A DNA stretch of 64,000 nt, from positions 1 through 64,000 of the IMG/VR virus record IMGVR_UViG_3300025141_000046; one strand, given 5' to 3'. The stretch comes from a virus. The position numbers were made by a program, and so were the translations under genes. The stretch's first letter is position 1, and every line of letters begins with the position of its first letter. The notes below the pieces were generated by a model. It was not told where the DNA came from. It worked only from the letters and a program-made list of their open reading frames with translations, and made no database searches. Of the stretch, positions 1 through 10,016 are shown in pieces.

Positions 1-3000
1 CATTGCTGTCATAAGAGATTTTCTAGTCGCTGAGCCATTGTATGCCACTGTCAAAGATGTATCAAATGATCCTGGTGTAATCGTGTGCCTGATTCCGACA
101 ACATAGTAAAAATTATCCATCGTAGTCCCGCTTCCCATGTCAATATAATACTTCTCGCCGTATGTTGTCAGCGGAAAGCCCGCACAAGAGAGAGTAGCGC
201 TAGTCGGTATGACAAAGATGTCTTCCACCTCCGACTGCTGCTTAGCTGTTGATGAATCTTTTTTATTATCAGAGATAGCATTTAAAAGAAGTACTTGATT
301 AACCGCTCCACCTGTATTTGAAGACATGCTGATAGATTTTATATTTGTAAACTGAGTTCCAAATGTAATGGACGGATATACAGACTTAATTGCATCCTTT
401 ATAACTCTTGCTGGGACACCAGGTAGCGATGTTATTATTTGCATCTTGTTTGGCGCTGAGTCTTCTGTGTCGGGTGTCACGTCTTTAATCTCCTCTGTTC
501 CACATTTTTTCTCGAGGTCATCTTGTGCCAATGGTTCTTTGGCAGATTCTCTCGTTGCGTTTTCTTGAGCTCCGTCTATTGTTTCTGTATCTCCGTCTGT
601 TGACGGACTTCTTGATGTGATAGCACCGCCGCTTATGACTTGCTGCAACAGGAGTACAGCGTCTGGTACTCCAGCTTTTGCATCGTAGACGTGAATTCTT
701 AAAACATTTGTAGTAGGCTTTCTAGGCTCACTGTTGTCGTATACGGGAACACACTCTGTTATCATTGCAAGATCAGGAACATCAAACTTTGCCTCCTTGC
801 CCTCCTCAGGGTAGATCCCAGCGAGAACTTTTTGCTTAGCTTTCTCCGGGGCCCCTGTCGCAAAGAATGTCTTTTTCTCCTCTTTAGATTTGCCCTTGAG
901 CTCGGTCTTTATATCGCTGTAATGCTTCGAGAGACCGTAGTTTACATGTGATGGACTTTCTGGACCTCCTGGGTACTTGAAGACTTTTTCTGCGAAAGCC
1001 TTTGCAGATATAGACGGACTTTCTTTTGAAATTTCAGTAATAAGATCAGAAAATCCATCCAGCCGAAAGGTAGCTACGTTTTTATGACACATCGCGCCTG
1101 CATACGTGTTGAAGGGGTAAAATATCATCTGGACCTCGTCGAACTTTCCAATCGCCTGGAGAGGTCTACCGACGTAGGTTAGAAGAACAGCACCGAGAGT
1201 AGGATTATTGCTACCCCGGTTGTTATCTCCTTCCTTTGAGTCTGGATTTGGTTCCTTCCCTTCATTCTTGTCTTTATCTGCTTTCTGCTTCTGGACCTGA
1301 GTCGTATCCTGGCCGTTGTCAAAAATATCAACAGTCTGCAACATTTTCAATTTTTGCTCAAGCTGAGTTCCCAGAGTGTCAAACCTTGTAGTCTTATTTG
1401 TTGAATTTTCCGCAGCCAGTATATCCTTAATAATAGCAACTGACTGTTTAACAAGTGATGCAGCATCAGTTTTTCCGTCTGTCGTATTATCTTTGATCGC
1501 CTGGAGAATCTCTATATATTTGCTTAGCTCTATCTGGGCCACTGGAGACGAAAAATTTCCAACTGCAGCGAAACCCTGCTGGATCTGTGCAAGCTGTGAC
1601 TTTTCTCCTGCTGGTGCCTCATCAAATTCTGGGTCACGGCCCGCTGCTGCTTTGAGCAGATCCTCAGTTATCTGTCTAAAAAAAGGTGCGAGCATAGATG
1701 CAGGAACTGTTGTTACGCCTGATGCTGCTGGCACCATTGTCATCTCTGCTACACCCCTTGATGCTAGCTTTAAAGTTACTCTAACCTGCCCGTCATCAAG
1801 GACATTGAGATCTGCAACCTGAATATTGAACATTGAAATGCATCTAAGTGAGTTTAAAAAATTTGCGTATTCATTCCCAGACTGATATCTAGTCGCCTGT
1901 GGGTGCATCCAGCCGAATTCGATTGTAACACTCGTTCCGGCGAACGTGCTTGCACCGATCAAAGGAGCCATAAACCTCATCATAGATCTATCATGAAGTA
2001 TGAACTCCATAGATGCAGTCTTGTTTGCTAGAGTTGCCAGGCCTAGACCGGTAATATCAACGCTCAACCTCTGAAGAGATGCTATGGGTGCAGCTGGGTT
2101 CAAAGCTGAGACATACCCCTCTCCCCTGTTTCCCATATTATTTAAAGTCTGCGGTGATTGAAATAATTCAATTCCAGCAGTTGAAACATTAGGCAATTCA
2201 ATTGTAACAGAATCTTCCTTGTTGTCGAATGGATTGGGTATGCCTGTGGCAGTACCTGATATATTGTCAAAGTCCCCATAGTCTCTCTCTACTCTCATCT
2301 TGCTTAGGTCTAGATCCGTCGATATACTTTGGAAAGCTTTTAAACCAGACAGATCTGACTCTGATGCTGATTGTGCGAATCCAAATAGTGACATTGGCCT
2401 GGCCGGGGATGTCTCTGATGAAAATACGAGCTTTATGAATGGAACACACTGCGACATTTCAACTGTCGGTATGCTGTTGAAGAAAATGGAGCCTGCTTGA
2501 TTTCTCGAATTACATGGATGGATGCGTATTGAATTAACTAAAATTGCAGATAGGTGTGGATTTTTTAGATTATCCGGGTCACCTACTCCGTTTCCTGTAG
2601 CTGCTATCACCTCCTCTGTCCCAGAGGATTCTTCTGTCTTAGATTCTGATGTGCTTGGCGGTGTTTTCACATATCCACACTGACTTTTCACGCCAACCTT
2701 GTTATCGTTGAGAACAGTCGCATTTATCGGTGAGTTAGGAGATATTTCTGGCTCGAGCTTAATGGAGAATGTTGCATCTAGCTTTGAATATCCTTTGAGC
2801 TCTTTCTCTGCTAATTCTAGCATAGTTTTTGCATGTGTTGCACCAGAACTAGTGTCCAGTATCCACGACTTAAGTTTTCTCTCTAGCTCAGCATCTCCCT
2901 CTCTCTCTGGGATTGGACCCTCTTCCTCTTCTGAGCCGTCATCATACCCTGTCGCATACGCGGAAGCTCCACCGGCCGCGAAGTATCTTGACAGCTCCAT

Positions 3001-3075
3001 AATTGAGCTGTCAAGCCTATTTGATGGAGGCAATTTACTTGCCTTAACTATCGTAAAAAGATCTTTAAATGCCAC
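1..3075 (-). CDS. Baseplate hub protein (gp27/GpD/VgrG-like fold), 3'-truncated by the window edge; absent from the ORF track
   Basis: Hand translation of both ends gives the same frame, from GTG 3075 (alternatives TTG 3033, ATG 3000) to position 1. The C-terminal part reads IPTSATLSCAGFPLTTYGEKYYIDMGSGTTMDNFYYVVGIRHTITPGSFDTSLTV, the typical hub C-terminal Y-x-V-xx-I-x-H...F-x-T-x-L motif. Follows the LysM wedge gene. Confidence 0.75.
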   Translation of the reverse strand, partial: MAFKDLFTIVKASKLPPSNRLDSSIMELSRYFAAGGASAYATGYDDGSEEEEGPIPEREGDAELERKLKSWILDTSSGATHAKTMLELAEKELKGYSKLDATFSIKLEPEISPNSPINATVLNDNKVGVKSQCGYVKTPPSTSESKTEESSGTEEVIAATGNGVGDPDNLKNPHLSAILVNSIRIHPCNSRNQAGSIFFNSIPTVEMSQCVPFIKLVFSSETSPARPMSLFGFAQSASESDLSGLKAFQSISTDLDLSKMRVERDYGDFDNISGTATGIPNPFDNKEDSVTIELPNVSTAGIELFQSPQTLNNMGNRGEGYVSALNPAAPIASLQRLSVDITGLGLATLANKTASMEFILHDRSMMRFMAPLIGASTFAGTSVTIEFGWMHPQATRYQSGNEYANFLNSLRCISMFNIQVADLNVLDDGQVRVTLKLASRGVAEMTMVPAASGVTTVPASMLAPFFRQITEDLLKAAAGRDPEFDEAPAGEKSQLAQIQQGFAAVGNFSSPVAQIELSKYIEILQAIKDNTTDGKTDAASLVKQSVAIIKDILAAENSTNKTTRFDTLGTQLEQKLKMLQTVDIFDNGQDTTQVQKQKADKDKNEGKEPNPDSKEGDNNRGSNNPTLGAVLLTYVGRPLQAIGKFDEVQMIFYPFNTYAGAMCHKNVATFRLDGFSDLITEISKESPSISAKAFAEKVFKYPGGPESPSHVNYGLSKHYSDIKTELKGKSKEEKKTFFATGAPEKAKQKVLAGIYPEEGKEAKFDVPDLAMITECVPVYDNSEPRKPTTNVLRIHVYDAKAGVPDAVLLLQQVISGGAITSRSPSTDGDTETIDGAQENATRESAKEPLAQDDLEKKCGTEEIKDVTPDTEDSAPNKMQIITSLPGVPARVIKDAIKSVYPSITFGTQFTNIKSISMSSNTGGAVNQVLLLNAISDNKKDSSTAKQQSEVEDIFVIPTSATLSCAGFPLTTYGEKYYIDMGSGTTMDNFYYVVGIRHTITPGSFDTSLTVAYNGSATRKSLMTAM

Positions 3076-3091
3076 TTTAAAATATTCCCAT

Positions 3092-3385
3092 CTATCTTAT
3101 TGCTAAAATTTGTCCCAAGTTGGATGGGACTCTAATAATTGTGCCAGGAGGTGATTGAAGACCCCATCCGATACCACTTGCCGCTGCTATTACCCACCAG
3201 TAAATTGAACTACCGTAAAACTCTGCAGAAATATTATCTAATCTCTGCCCTCGCTTAAGCTTTTGTGCCTTAAAGGGTATTGTACCCTGCATAACTCCTA
3301 GATATATCTTATTAGATATTCTCGGATTAGCCTTCCCCTCTCCCTTGTTGATGGGAGCAGCAAATGTGTATCTACCAATTGACAT
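3092..3385 (-). CDS. LysM-like baseplate wedge protein (T4 gp53 / P2 GpX type)
   Basis: GQRLDNISAEFYGSSIYWWVIAAASGI...PPGTIIRVP; lies between tube initiator and hub. Confidence 0.8.
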   Translation of the reverse strand: MSIGRYTFAAPINKGEGKANPRISNKIYLGVMQGTIPFKAQKLKRGQRLDNISAEFYGSSIYWWVIAAASGIGWGLQSPPGTIIRVPSNLGQILAIR

Positions 3386-3400
3386 TAAATTAACCCCTTT

Positions 3401-6400
3401 TTACTTCTTTAGATTTTGTGAAGCAGCTGACGTTGCTCTTGTATATTTTGCTTTTGCACCTAAGCCGTCATCAGGATTGTAATCGCCTGATACGGCATTC
3501 ATTGTAGCACCTACGTTGTAAATAGGTGCTCTGTTGTATCCACCGTGATCCAGACCTGGCGGCAGATCGTGAATTGGATCAAATGATATTGTTACCTTTG
3601 CGACCTTTGGTGCTCGTGATCCCCACTCTGTTTCCCATGTTACGGTTGGGTCAATCCAGTCGTAGCTTAGGCTTCTTATCACACCTGCGAGACCTCGTCC
3701 GCCTGAATTTTCGAATGCCCTTGTTATTGGATTATTTCTCGGATGGACAAATTCTGCTGCATTTGTAGTTGTTAACTGCAGTGCACTGGCAGGTATTCCT
3801 GTTGTCTTGGATGCATATTCATTAACTGCAACCTGGGCTGCACCTGCAACTGATCCTATTACATCAAGCAGGGTTCCAACTCTAACCATGAATAAAATAT
3901 CAGGATTGGGCATTAGATCCTCGTGTGTAACTAGCATCTTTCCGCTGCCTGCAAGTTTTGGTGCGTCCAAGTCAGCGAATTGAATCTCATACACAGTCTT
4001 TTGTATCACCGCTCCTGACGGGTTTGTAGTTCCTTTGCTGATGTTAGACTTGAATCCCTGCTTAATTGAATCAAAATCTCTCTTATACTTGTCGATAACT
4101 TTCACGCGATACGGTCCCGCTGTTCTAATTCTATTCTTGTTGTCTCCTTTGCAAAGGTATCCTACATCTACAGATGGTTTTAAAATAGGGTAGCTTGTTG
4201 ATGTATACCCACCGCCGCCCTGCCACGCCTTATTTGAAAATCCTGCTACAGCTTGTGCAGCTTCGGATACGGCATCTAAAATTGGATTAGATGTTGAAAG
4301 CAGGTCACCCATATCATCTGGGTTATCTGGGTTTGCCAGCTCCTGTAGTATCAAAGATGCACCAATTGGATTTACAATACCGCTGCCGCCCAAGAATCCC
4401 ATCGCAAGAGAAGCCACAGATCTTATCATGACATCAGCGACTGAGGCTCCTGCATCACCGCTTAGCGGCAGGAGTGCGAGAGGGGATCCAAATGCACTTC
4501 CAAAAATATAGTCAAGCTGAAATTCAACGATGTCTGAATAGCTTTGGCCGAAGAGGCTGATTTTGCTTAAGTTCCCGGCTCCGGATGCTAATCCGCCGCC
4601 TGTGTACGTGTCGTCTTTTATCTCAAACGCCTTAGACCCGACTCCAAACATTCTAGCAAGATTAAATCTCGAGTAGTTTGTCTTGACTACATCACCTATT
4701 CTTAGTCTAATCAATGGTGAAGCACTGATAACCTGACTAAAAGGCTGTACGAAGCTGCTTCCCTCACCGTCTGAAAGCTTTGTCCCGCGTGTCCATTTTG
4801 GATAAACCATGGTAGTTAGTTTATTAATTTTAAACCACATCTCGTCAAAGTCTTCTTTTGACGTAGCAGCTACATAAAAGCTAAAACCAATTGTTCTCTT
4901 TGTATCTTTGTAAATGTAGACTGGATCAACACGACCGTAACCCTGCACAGAGCTAAAGTTAGCTGCGTACCCATCTGACAGGTTATTTAAAAATGCATGA
5001 AATCCAATAAATTCATTTGTCCGAACATCGTGAAAATAGAACGGAACATACTCAGCATCTAGTGTATCCTCCATTTTTCTAGCGACATCTGTCGGTATTC
5101 TCGACCTTGTTGTCTTTCCGCCGTATGTGTTAGTATCGATAAATGATTTTGCCAGGAGGCTTGTTGCTGTATGGCCCTTGATTGGGTTTCCACCGTATGT
5201 AAGATTGTTCATATCTAGCGCTGCCTTCATAACATTTCTAGGAAGAAGGTAAAGAGCTGGAGATGACATACTTCTCCACGCTAGTGATGCTGATGTCTGG
5301 CCGTCTCTACTTCTGCTTTTTGATTGTCTCGTCTGAGGGCCGTCAACAAGCAGGTCAACATTAAAAGGTCTGATGCCGTTTGTTGCCCAGCCTGATTCAT
5401 CATCACCAAAGTCTCCTCCAGTGCTATATAGCACTATATCTCCAATTTCTACAAGTGTTCTCAGGAGAGCTATAATTCCACTTTTTGAAATCTCGGCGAT
5501 CAGATCAGGTAGATTGCTTTGTGTACTCTTATAATCCTGCACCATATCACCGATTGATGATGAGGAAAGTGCAAATTTTTGAAGCATAGATTTTCCGATC
5601 GCGTGCCAGAATCCCGGAGCTTCAGCTACAGTCTGGTATCTACCGACGGTGCCCTGCTCATTTTGTATCGCCTCTGCCTTGCTAGCATCATCAAATTTAA
5701 TTCCAAATAGAGCTAGACAGCCCGCATTGAGACACTCGCTGATCGGATATCTTGTGTTGGGCATCAAATATCTCTGGAATATTTGAATTTTTGCTTTTCT
5801 TGCGAATCTCTTTGCCTGTCCAGCATGCGTTGGGCTTCTTGTTAAGAATGGCATGTCATCAGTTCCGTCACTTTGTAGAGTGTCATTTACAGTTTTGCAT
5901 GCAAATATCATTCCAATTATAACAGCACCGGCACGTGCTCGAATTAACTCAGCAGATCCCTGGTTTGAAAAAGTAAGATCAGGTGTATAGCTTTGACCAT
6001 ATGACGATTGCTTTCCTCCGACCTCGAATGCGCCGCCGGATATGCCCTCTGGAGATCCAAATGCTTCTCTTGCCCTGGGTGCCTTTGGCTTAGTAGGATT
6101 ATTGAAAGCAACATCTGCGCCTGTAACCAAAACAGACTCGTTTTCATAATTAAATTCATTTGGATTAAATGAGCTATCAGGTGATGATCCCCAATCTACG
6201 CCTAGAGATTTTAATATCATTGACCTTGCAACATTCTTTAGATCGTTGTTGATAAAAATACCATCAGCATTTTTATTATAAGTTCCATAGTCTGGCTGCA
6301 CAGTTCGCGTTCCCATTCCCTTGGTACCTCTGCCAAGTCGTGCTGCGTCTACTGGGACTGTAGCCTCAAACGGTGCGAATGCTTTTTCAGACTTTGTATT

Positions 6401-7063
6401 GAACCTATTTCTTCTCTGCAGCATTGACTGAACACCTTCAATTGAATTCTCATCTGCATCTGCAGTGCTAGACTTGACAAATGTCTCACCGATAATATTG
6501 GGCGACGCGTTACCTTCAACTGATGGAAGCAGCCTATTGCCAGTATGTGGCCCTGGTGCTACGTCGTCCTCTGGTATAATTGTGTTTGTTTTTGAAACTA
6601 TTCCAGAGAGATCATCAAAATAACCGCTATCAGAGTACTGGCTAAGTGTTCCGCCCATGCCGTCTCCAGAAGACTCAGACTCGTTGATAAAAACATCCTG
6701 GCCTCCGTTGCTAGCTGCTCTTAGACTTACCGGGACTCCGTCCTTGTCCTTTCTTGATAATGGCATCGCAGCTGTTGCACCGCCCTTTACTACATAGTAG
6801 TTTCTGTACTCCACAAGATCATTAGTCAAATAGTGCAAAAAGTCATTTATCAAACTTTTGCCTGCGTCGGCTGAAGGCTCATTGCTTGAATTGTGACCTA
6901 TTAGAGCCTTTCTAGTTCCCGGATCCATTCCGAGGTCATCGATGCCAGGATCAAGACCATCAGAGTCCCAGTCTTTTATGGTATATGATATCGAGGTTCT
7001 CTGTGCGACAGACTCAGCTGTCACATAATCCGATAAAAAGTCTCCTAATTTTTCCCTAGACAC
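3401..7063 (-). CDS. Tail tube initiator / baseplate protein (GpU/gp48-gp54/CIS tube-like domain) with long N-terminal extension and internal insertion
   Basis: PFYFHD...FHAFLNNLSDGYAANFSSVQGYGRVDPVYIYKDTKRTIGFSF...PLIRLRIGD and GLAGVIRSLSYDW...WET...APKVAKVTISFDPIHD; located after tape measure. Confidence 0.65.
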   Translation of the reverse strand: MSREKLGDFLSDYVTAESVAQRTSISYTIKDWDSDGLDPGIDDLGMDPGTRKALIGHNSSNEPSADAGKSLINDFLHYLTNDLVEYRNYYVVKGGATAAMPLSRKDKDGVPVSLRAASNGGQDVFINESESSGDGMGGTLSQYSDSGYFDDLSGIVSKTNTIIPEDDVAPGPHTGNRLLPSVEGNASPNIIGETFVKSSTADADENSIEGVQSMLQRRNRFNTKSEKAFAPFEATVPVDAARLGRGTKGMGTRTVQPDYGTYNKNADGIFINNDLKNVARSMILKSLGVDWGSSPDSSFNPNEFNYENESVLVTGADVAFNNPTKPKAPRAREAFGSPEGISGGAFEVGGKQSSYGQSYTPDLTFSNQGSAELIRARAGAVIIGMIFACKTVNDTLQSDGTDDMPFLTRSPTHAGQAKRFARKAKIQIFQRYLMPNTRYPISECLNAGCLALFGIKFDDASKAEAIQNEQGTVGRYQTVAEAPGFWHAIGKSMLQKFALSSSSIGDMVQDYKSTQSNLPDLIAEISKSGIIALLRTLVEIGDIVLYSTGGDFGDDESGWATNGIRPFNVDLLVDGPQTRQSKSRSRDGQTSASLAWRSMSSPALYLLPRNVMKAALDMNNLTYGGNPIKGHTATSLLAKSFIDTNTYGGKTTRSRIPTDVARKMEDTLDAEYVPFYFHDVRTNEFIGFHAFLNNLSDGYAANFSSVQGYGRVDPVYIYKDTKRTIGFSFYVAATSKEDFDEMWFKINKLTTMVYPKWTRGTKLSDGEGSSFVQPFSQVISASPLIRLRIGDVVKTNYSRFNLARMFGVGSKAFEIKDDTYTGGGLASGAGNLSKISLFGQSYSDIVEFQLDYIFGSAFGSPLALLPLSGDAGASVADVMIRSVASLAMGFLGGSGIVNPIGASLILQELANPDNPDDMGDLLSTSNPILDAVSEAAQAVAGFSNKAWQGGGGYTSTSYPILKPSVDVGYLCKGDNKNRIRTAGPYRVKVIDKYKRDFDSIKQGFKSNISKGTTNPSGAVIQKTVYEIQFADLDAPKLAGSGKMLVTHEDLMPNPDILFMVRVGTLLDVIGSVAGAAQVAVNEYASKTTGIPASALQLTTTNAAEFVHPRNNPITRAFENSGGRGLAGVIRSLSYDWIDPTVTWETEWGSRAPKVAKVTISFDPIHDLPPGLDHGGYNRAPIYNVGATMNAVSGDYNPDDGLGAKAKYTRATSAASQNLKK

Positions 7064-7296
7064 TTGTTAAGCTCCTTGATACCCTCTGGCGAAAAGAAAT
7101 CATTAATTGCATCGGATAGTTCCTCGTCAGTTTTTTCTGTTGAAGCTTGATCTTGGATATACGATGCAAGCTCTTCAATTGGTCCCAATACTTCTGATGT
7201 GTACCTCTCCAGGTATTCAATCTCTTCCGCTGACAGTCCTTCTGTGAGATTCTTCATCATCGGTGTCTCAAAAACTCTCTCTTTTAAACTTTTCAT
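7045..7296 (-). CDS. Small acidic hypothetical protein
   Basis: 83 aa ORF overlapping both neighbours (ATGA coupling with the tape measure stop). Confidence 0.6.
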   Translation of the reverse strand: MKSLKERVFETPMMKNLTEGLSAEEIEYLERYTSEVLGPIEELASYIQDQASTEKTDEELSDAINDFFSPEGIKELNKCLGKN

Positions 7297-9695
7297 GTCG
7301 TTGTCACCAGACCTACTGTGCTGTTATTGCCTTTTGCGCCAGCTAGAACCCCGTCTATGACCAAAGATGCAAGCACCTTCGAATTCACGTCCTTTATCTT
7401 AATTTCATTAGGGTTTACTGTAAGCTGAACTGATACTGGCTCGCCAGAGCCTCTAGCAGTAAGTGCCTGGGTTAGCTTTGCAAGCTGAGCATCTTTTTCA
7501 GCCAAGAGCTTGGCTTGTTCTTGCTTAACTCTAGCTAGCTCATCTACTGGTGCGCCGTCTCCACCTGGTTTTGCGTCCTGCTGGACAACTTCTGGCTTAG
7601 CATCTTTCTCCTTCTCCTTCGCCAGGGCATCTGCGTCCCTCTTTTTTATAATCGACTTGAAGATCTCGTCCTTGTCGCTGCCGCCTGCATATTTCTTGAC
7701 AGCTCCAAGATCATATCCTTCAGACTCGGAGATCTCCTTCAGCCTGGCTTCGAGACCTTTCTGATCACCGCCGTATGCTGCCTTGGCCCTGTTGATGAGA
7801 GATTCTGCAATCTGTGCCTGATCTCTCTCCTTGACATTCTTAAGGTTTGCTGACATCGTGGTCCTGAGTCTTGCTGTTGTCATGCCAAACTTCTCCGTCG
7901 CCTTCCTGACTTCATCGTCTGTTAGATCGGAAAACTGTACACCTGACTGTCCCATCATCTGGCTGACTTTTGACAGTGCAGATTCAGCATTGGCCATATT
8001 TGCTTTATAAGCTTTTTCGCCTTTCTTGCCCATAGATTCGAGAGAGAGCCCCATTGTCTCTGGCAGCTCTTCAATTGCACTAGTGATCGGATCAGTCAGC
8101 AGGTGACTTAACTGGGATGACTGCTGCTTCTCCGTAATTGGGTTATTCTTAATTTCTTTGTGGATCTCGAGTATCACCTTCGCGATTTCTTCAGGAAGTT
8201 TTGCAAAAGCGTCTGCGATTGCCTGGGTGATCTCCTCACCTATTCCAGAGCCGCTGAACTTCTTCTGCATTTCTTCAACTTGTCTCTCAAGGTCTGGAAT
8301 TGGACTATCCGCTTTAAGATTTTTAGCTAGCCGCTGGGAGCTTCTCTCGACACGCGTTTGGAAATCCTGTATCTGTACTGAGTGAACCATCAGGAGTTTC
8401 TGTGAGCTGGCTATTGCGGCCTTGTATGCCTGGTCAGCAGTTCTAGAAACTATGTCATTTGATGTTGTTCCAAATTTTCTCAGCTCAGTTTCGAGCTCTT
8501 CGATGCTCTCCTTTACGCCTCCTATCTCATCATCGGTTGCAGCGTCGAGGTCATCGAGTGATTGATATTCAGCCTCAGGATCAAAGAGTCTCTCGACGGC
8601 TGAGACAGATTTTAGACCGAGCTGCTGCTGAATTAGTCTCTTTTCAGCGAGTGACATATCATCGACTGATTTTCCTGTTGCGATGAACTGATCACGCAGT
8701 GTCTCCATCAGCGCGCCCTGGTCCTCATTTGCCATTCGCATGAGCTCCATTGCGTCCAGCTGGACACCAAATACTGACGTCAGTGCAGAGACTGACTGTG
8801 CTGCTGTCTCAAAGTTGAAGAACTTATCAACCATTCCGTCGAGCTCACCGTAGTCAAGTCCTAGCTGTCTGAGAGAGCCACCTATCCTTGCTGCCTCATC
8901 GACGCTGACATTACCGTATCTCCGTGTGTCAGATATGAGGCCTTCAACTATATTCAGTATCTCCTTTGAGGAGTCACCAGTTTGATCTGCAATTCTTTTT
9001 GACATAATTGCAGCTTCTTGAAGCATATTTGTGTTAGCTTCACCAGTTAGATCAATTTGACGTGATACGAATGTTGAGACTTCTGATGTTGACAGTCCCA
9101 TATTTGTACCAAATGCTGCCATCTCAAGGGCCGTGTCTGCCGATGCATCCTTGAGAAGTCTCAGGCCGTCAGCAGATGATCCCGCCCCTGCGGCCATATA
9201 CTCAAATGCCTTAAATGCTTGTGATGTCTCCCCGAGAAGATTGCTTAAACTTACGCCGAGACCGTCGATTGATGACTTCTGTGTGCCATATATCTTTTCG
9301 TTAAAGTCAAGATATACCTTGCTATATTCATTTGCAAATGTCTTGCCTTCTTGAAACTGCTTGCCGAACCCGCCAGCTAACCCGCCCATCGAGGCTTGGA
9401 GATCATTCATGAACTTGAGGACCTCTGGATCAGTCAAGCCGCTGATTGCGTCACCTGTCTTCTTTACCTCCTCAAATCCCGGAATAGCCTGGAGGCTGCG
9501 TTCGACAACCTTGTCATAAAATTGGCGTGTTGTATTGCCTGCTCCTGATCCAGGTGTTGGAGTTCCCGCACCTGAGGTTGAGTCAGACTGAGTGCCTCCG
9601 CCTGATACTTTTATCTCGCCGCTGCCTAGCGCTTCCTTGACAGCTGCGGCGATGTCGATTCCAATCTGCCTGGCTTGTTGTTCAGTGAATGACAC
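7293..9695 (-). CDS. Tape measure protein
   Basis: 800 aa, helical and A/Q/E/K-rich; FFNFETAAQSVSALTSVFGVQLDAMELMRMA segment; directly after tube and chaperone genes; GAGGT RBS. Confidence 0.7.
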   Translation of the reverse strand: MSFTEQQARQIGIDIAAAVKEALGSGEIKVSGGGTQSDSTSGAGTPTPGSGAGNTTRQFYDKVVERSLQAIPGFEEVKKTGDAISGLTDPEVLKFMNDLQASMGGLAGGFGKQFQEGKTFANEYSKVYLDFNEKIYGTQKSSIDGLGVSLSNLLGETSQAFKAFEYMAAGAGSSADGLRLLKDASADTALEMAAFGTNMGLSTSEVSTFVSRQIDLTGEANTNMLQEAAIMSKRIADQTGDSSKEILNIVEGLISDTRRYGNVSVDEAARIGGSLRQLGLDYGELDGMVDKFFNFETAAQSVSALTSVFGVQLDAMELMRMANEDQGALMETLRDQFIATGKSVDDMSLAEKRLIQQQLGLKSVSAVERLFDPEAEYQSLDDLDAATDDEIGGVKESIEELETELRKFGTTSNDIVSRTADQAYKAAIASSQKLLMVHSVQIQDFQTRVERSSQRLAKNLKADSPIPDLERQVEEMQKKFSGSGIGEEITQAIADAFAKLPEEIAKVILEIHKEIKNNPITEKQQSSQLSHLLTDPITSAIEELPETMGLSLESMGKKGEKAYKANMANAESALSKVSQMMGQSGVQFSDLTDDEVRKATEKFGMTTARLRTTMSANLKNVKERDQAQIAESLINRAKAAYGGDQKGLEARLKEISESEGYDLGAVKKYAGGSDKDEIFKSIIKKRDADALAKEKEKDAKPEVVQQDAKPGGDGAPVDELARVKQEQAKLLAEKDAQLAKLTQALTARGSGEPVSVQLTVNPNEIKIKDVNSKVLASLVIDGVLAGAKGNNSTVGLVTTT

Positions 9696-9713
9696 TTAGT
9701 GCACCTCAAACAT

Positions 9714-9720
9714 TAAATAT
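9714..9720 (-). promoter_or_regulatory. Putative late promoter ATATTTA (tape measure)
   Basis: ATAnTTA motif about 19 nt upstream of the GTG, ahead of the RBS. Confidence 0.55.
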
Positions 9721-9733
9721 GCCTTTAAATAGT

Positions 9734-10012
9734 TTATCCGTTATCAAACTTTATATCACGACCTTGTCCAGGTGACATGTCAGATGTCGGACTTATTCCA
9801 AGCTGTTCGTGTATATCACCCATTGGGATATCAACGAGGCCAGATCTATTATCTGATGCCTTCTTTCTAGCGTCAGCCTGTTGCTTAAATTCATCAGATA
9901 TTCTTCTAATAAACCACTTTCTGTAGGGTAGCGGCATTGATCTTACGTCGCTGTAGCTCATATTTAAATGATACTGTAAAAGAAACGCTTCCTCTAGAAA
10001 CGCTTCTCGCAT
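9734..10012 (-). CDS. T4 gp51-like hub/tail assembly catalyst; may be made as a frameshift fusion with the upstream gene
   Basis: LEEAFLLQYHLNMSYSDVRSMPLPYRKWFIRRI resembles the gp51/GT-type motif; the frame is open back to at least 10045, across the upstream gene's U7 tract; ATG at 10012. Confidence 0.6.
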   Translation of the reverse strand: MREAFLEEAFLLQYHLNMSYSDVRSMPLPYRKWFIRRISDEFKQQADARKKASDNRSGLVDIPMGDIHEQLGISPTSDMSPGQGRDIKFDNG

Positions 10013-10016
10013 AGTA

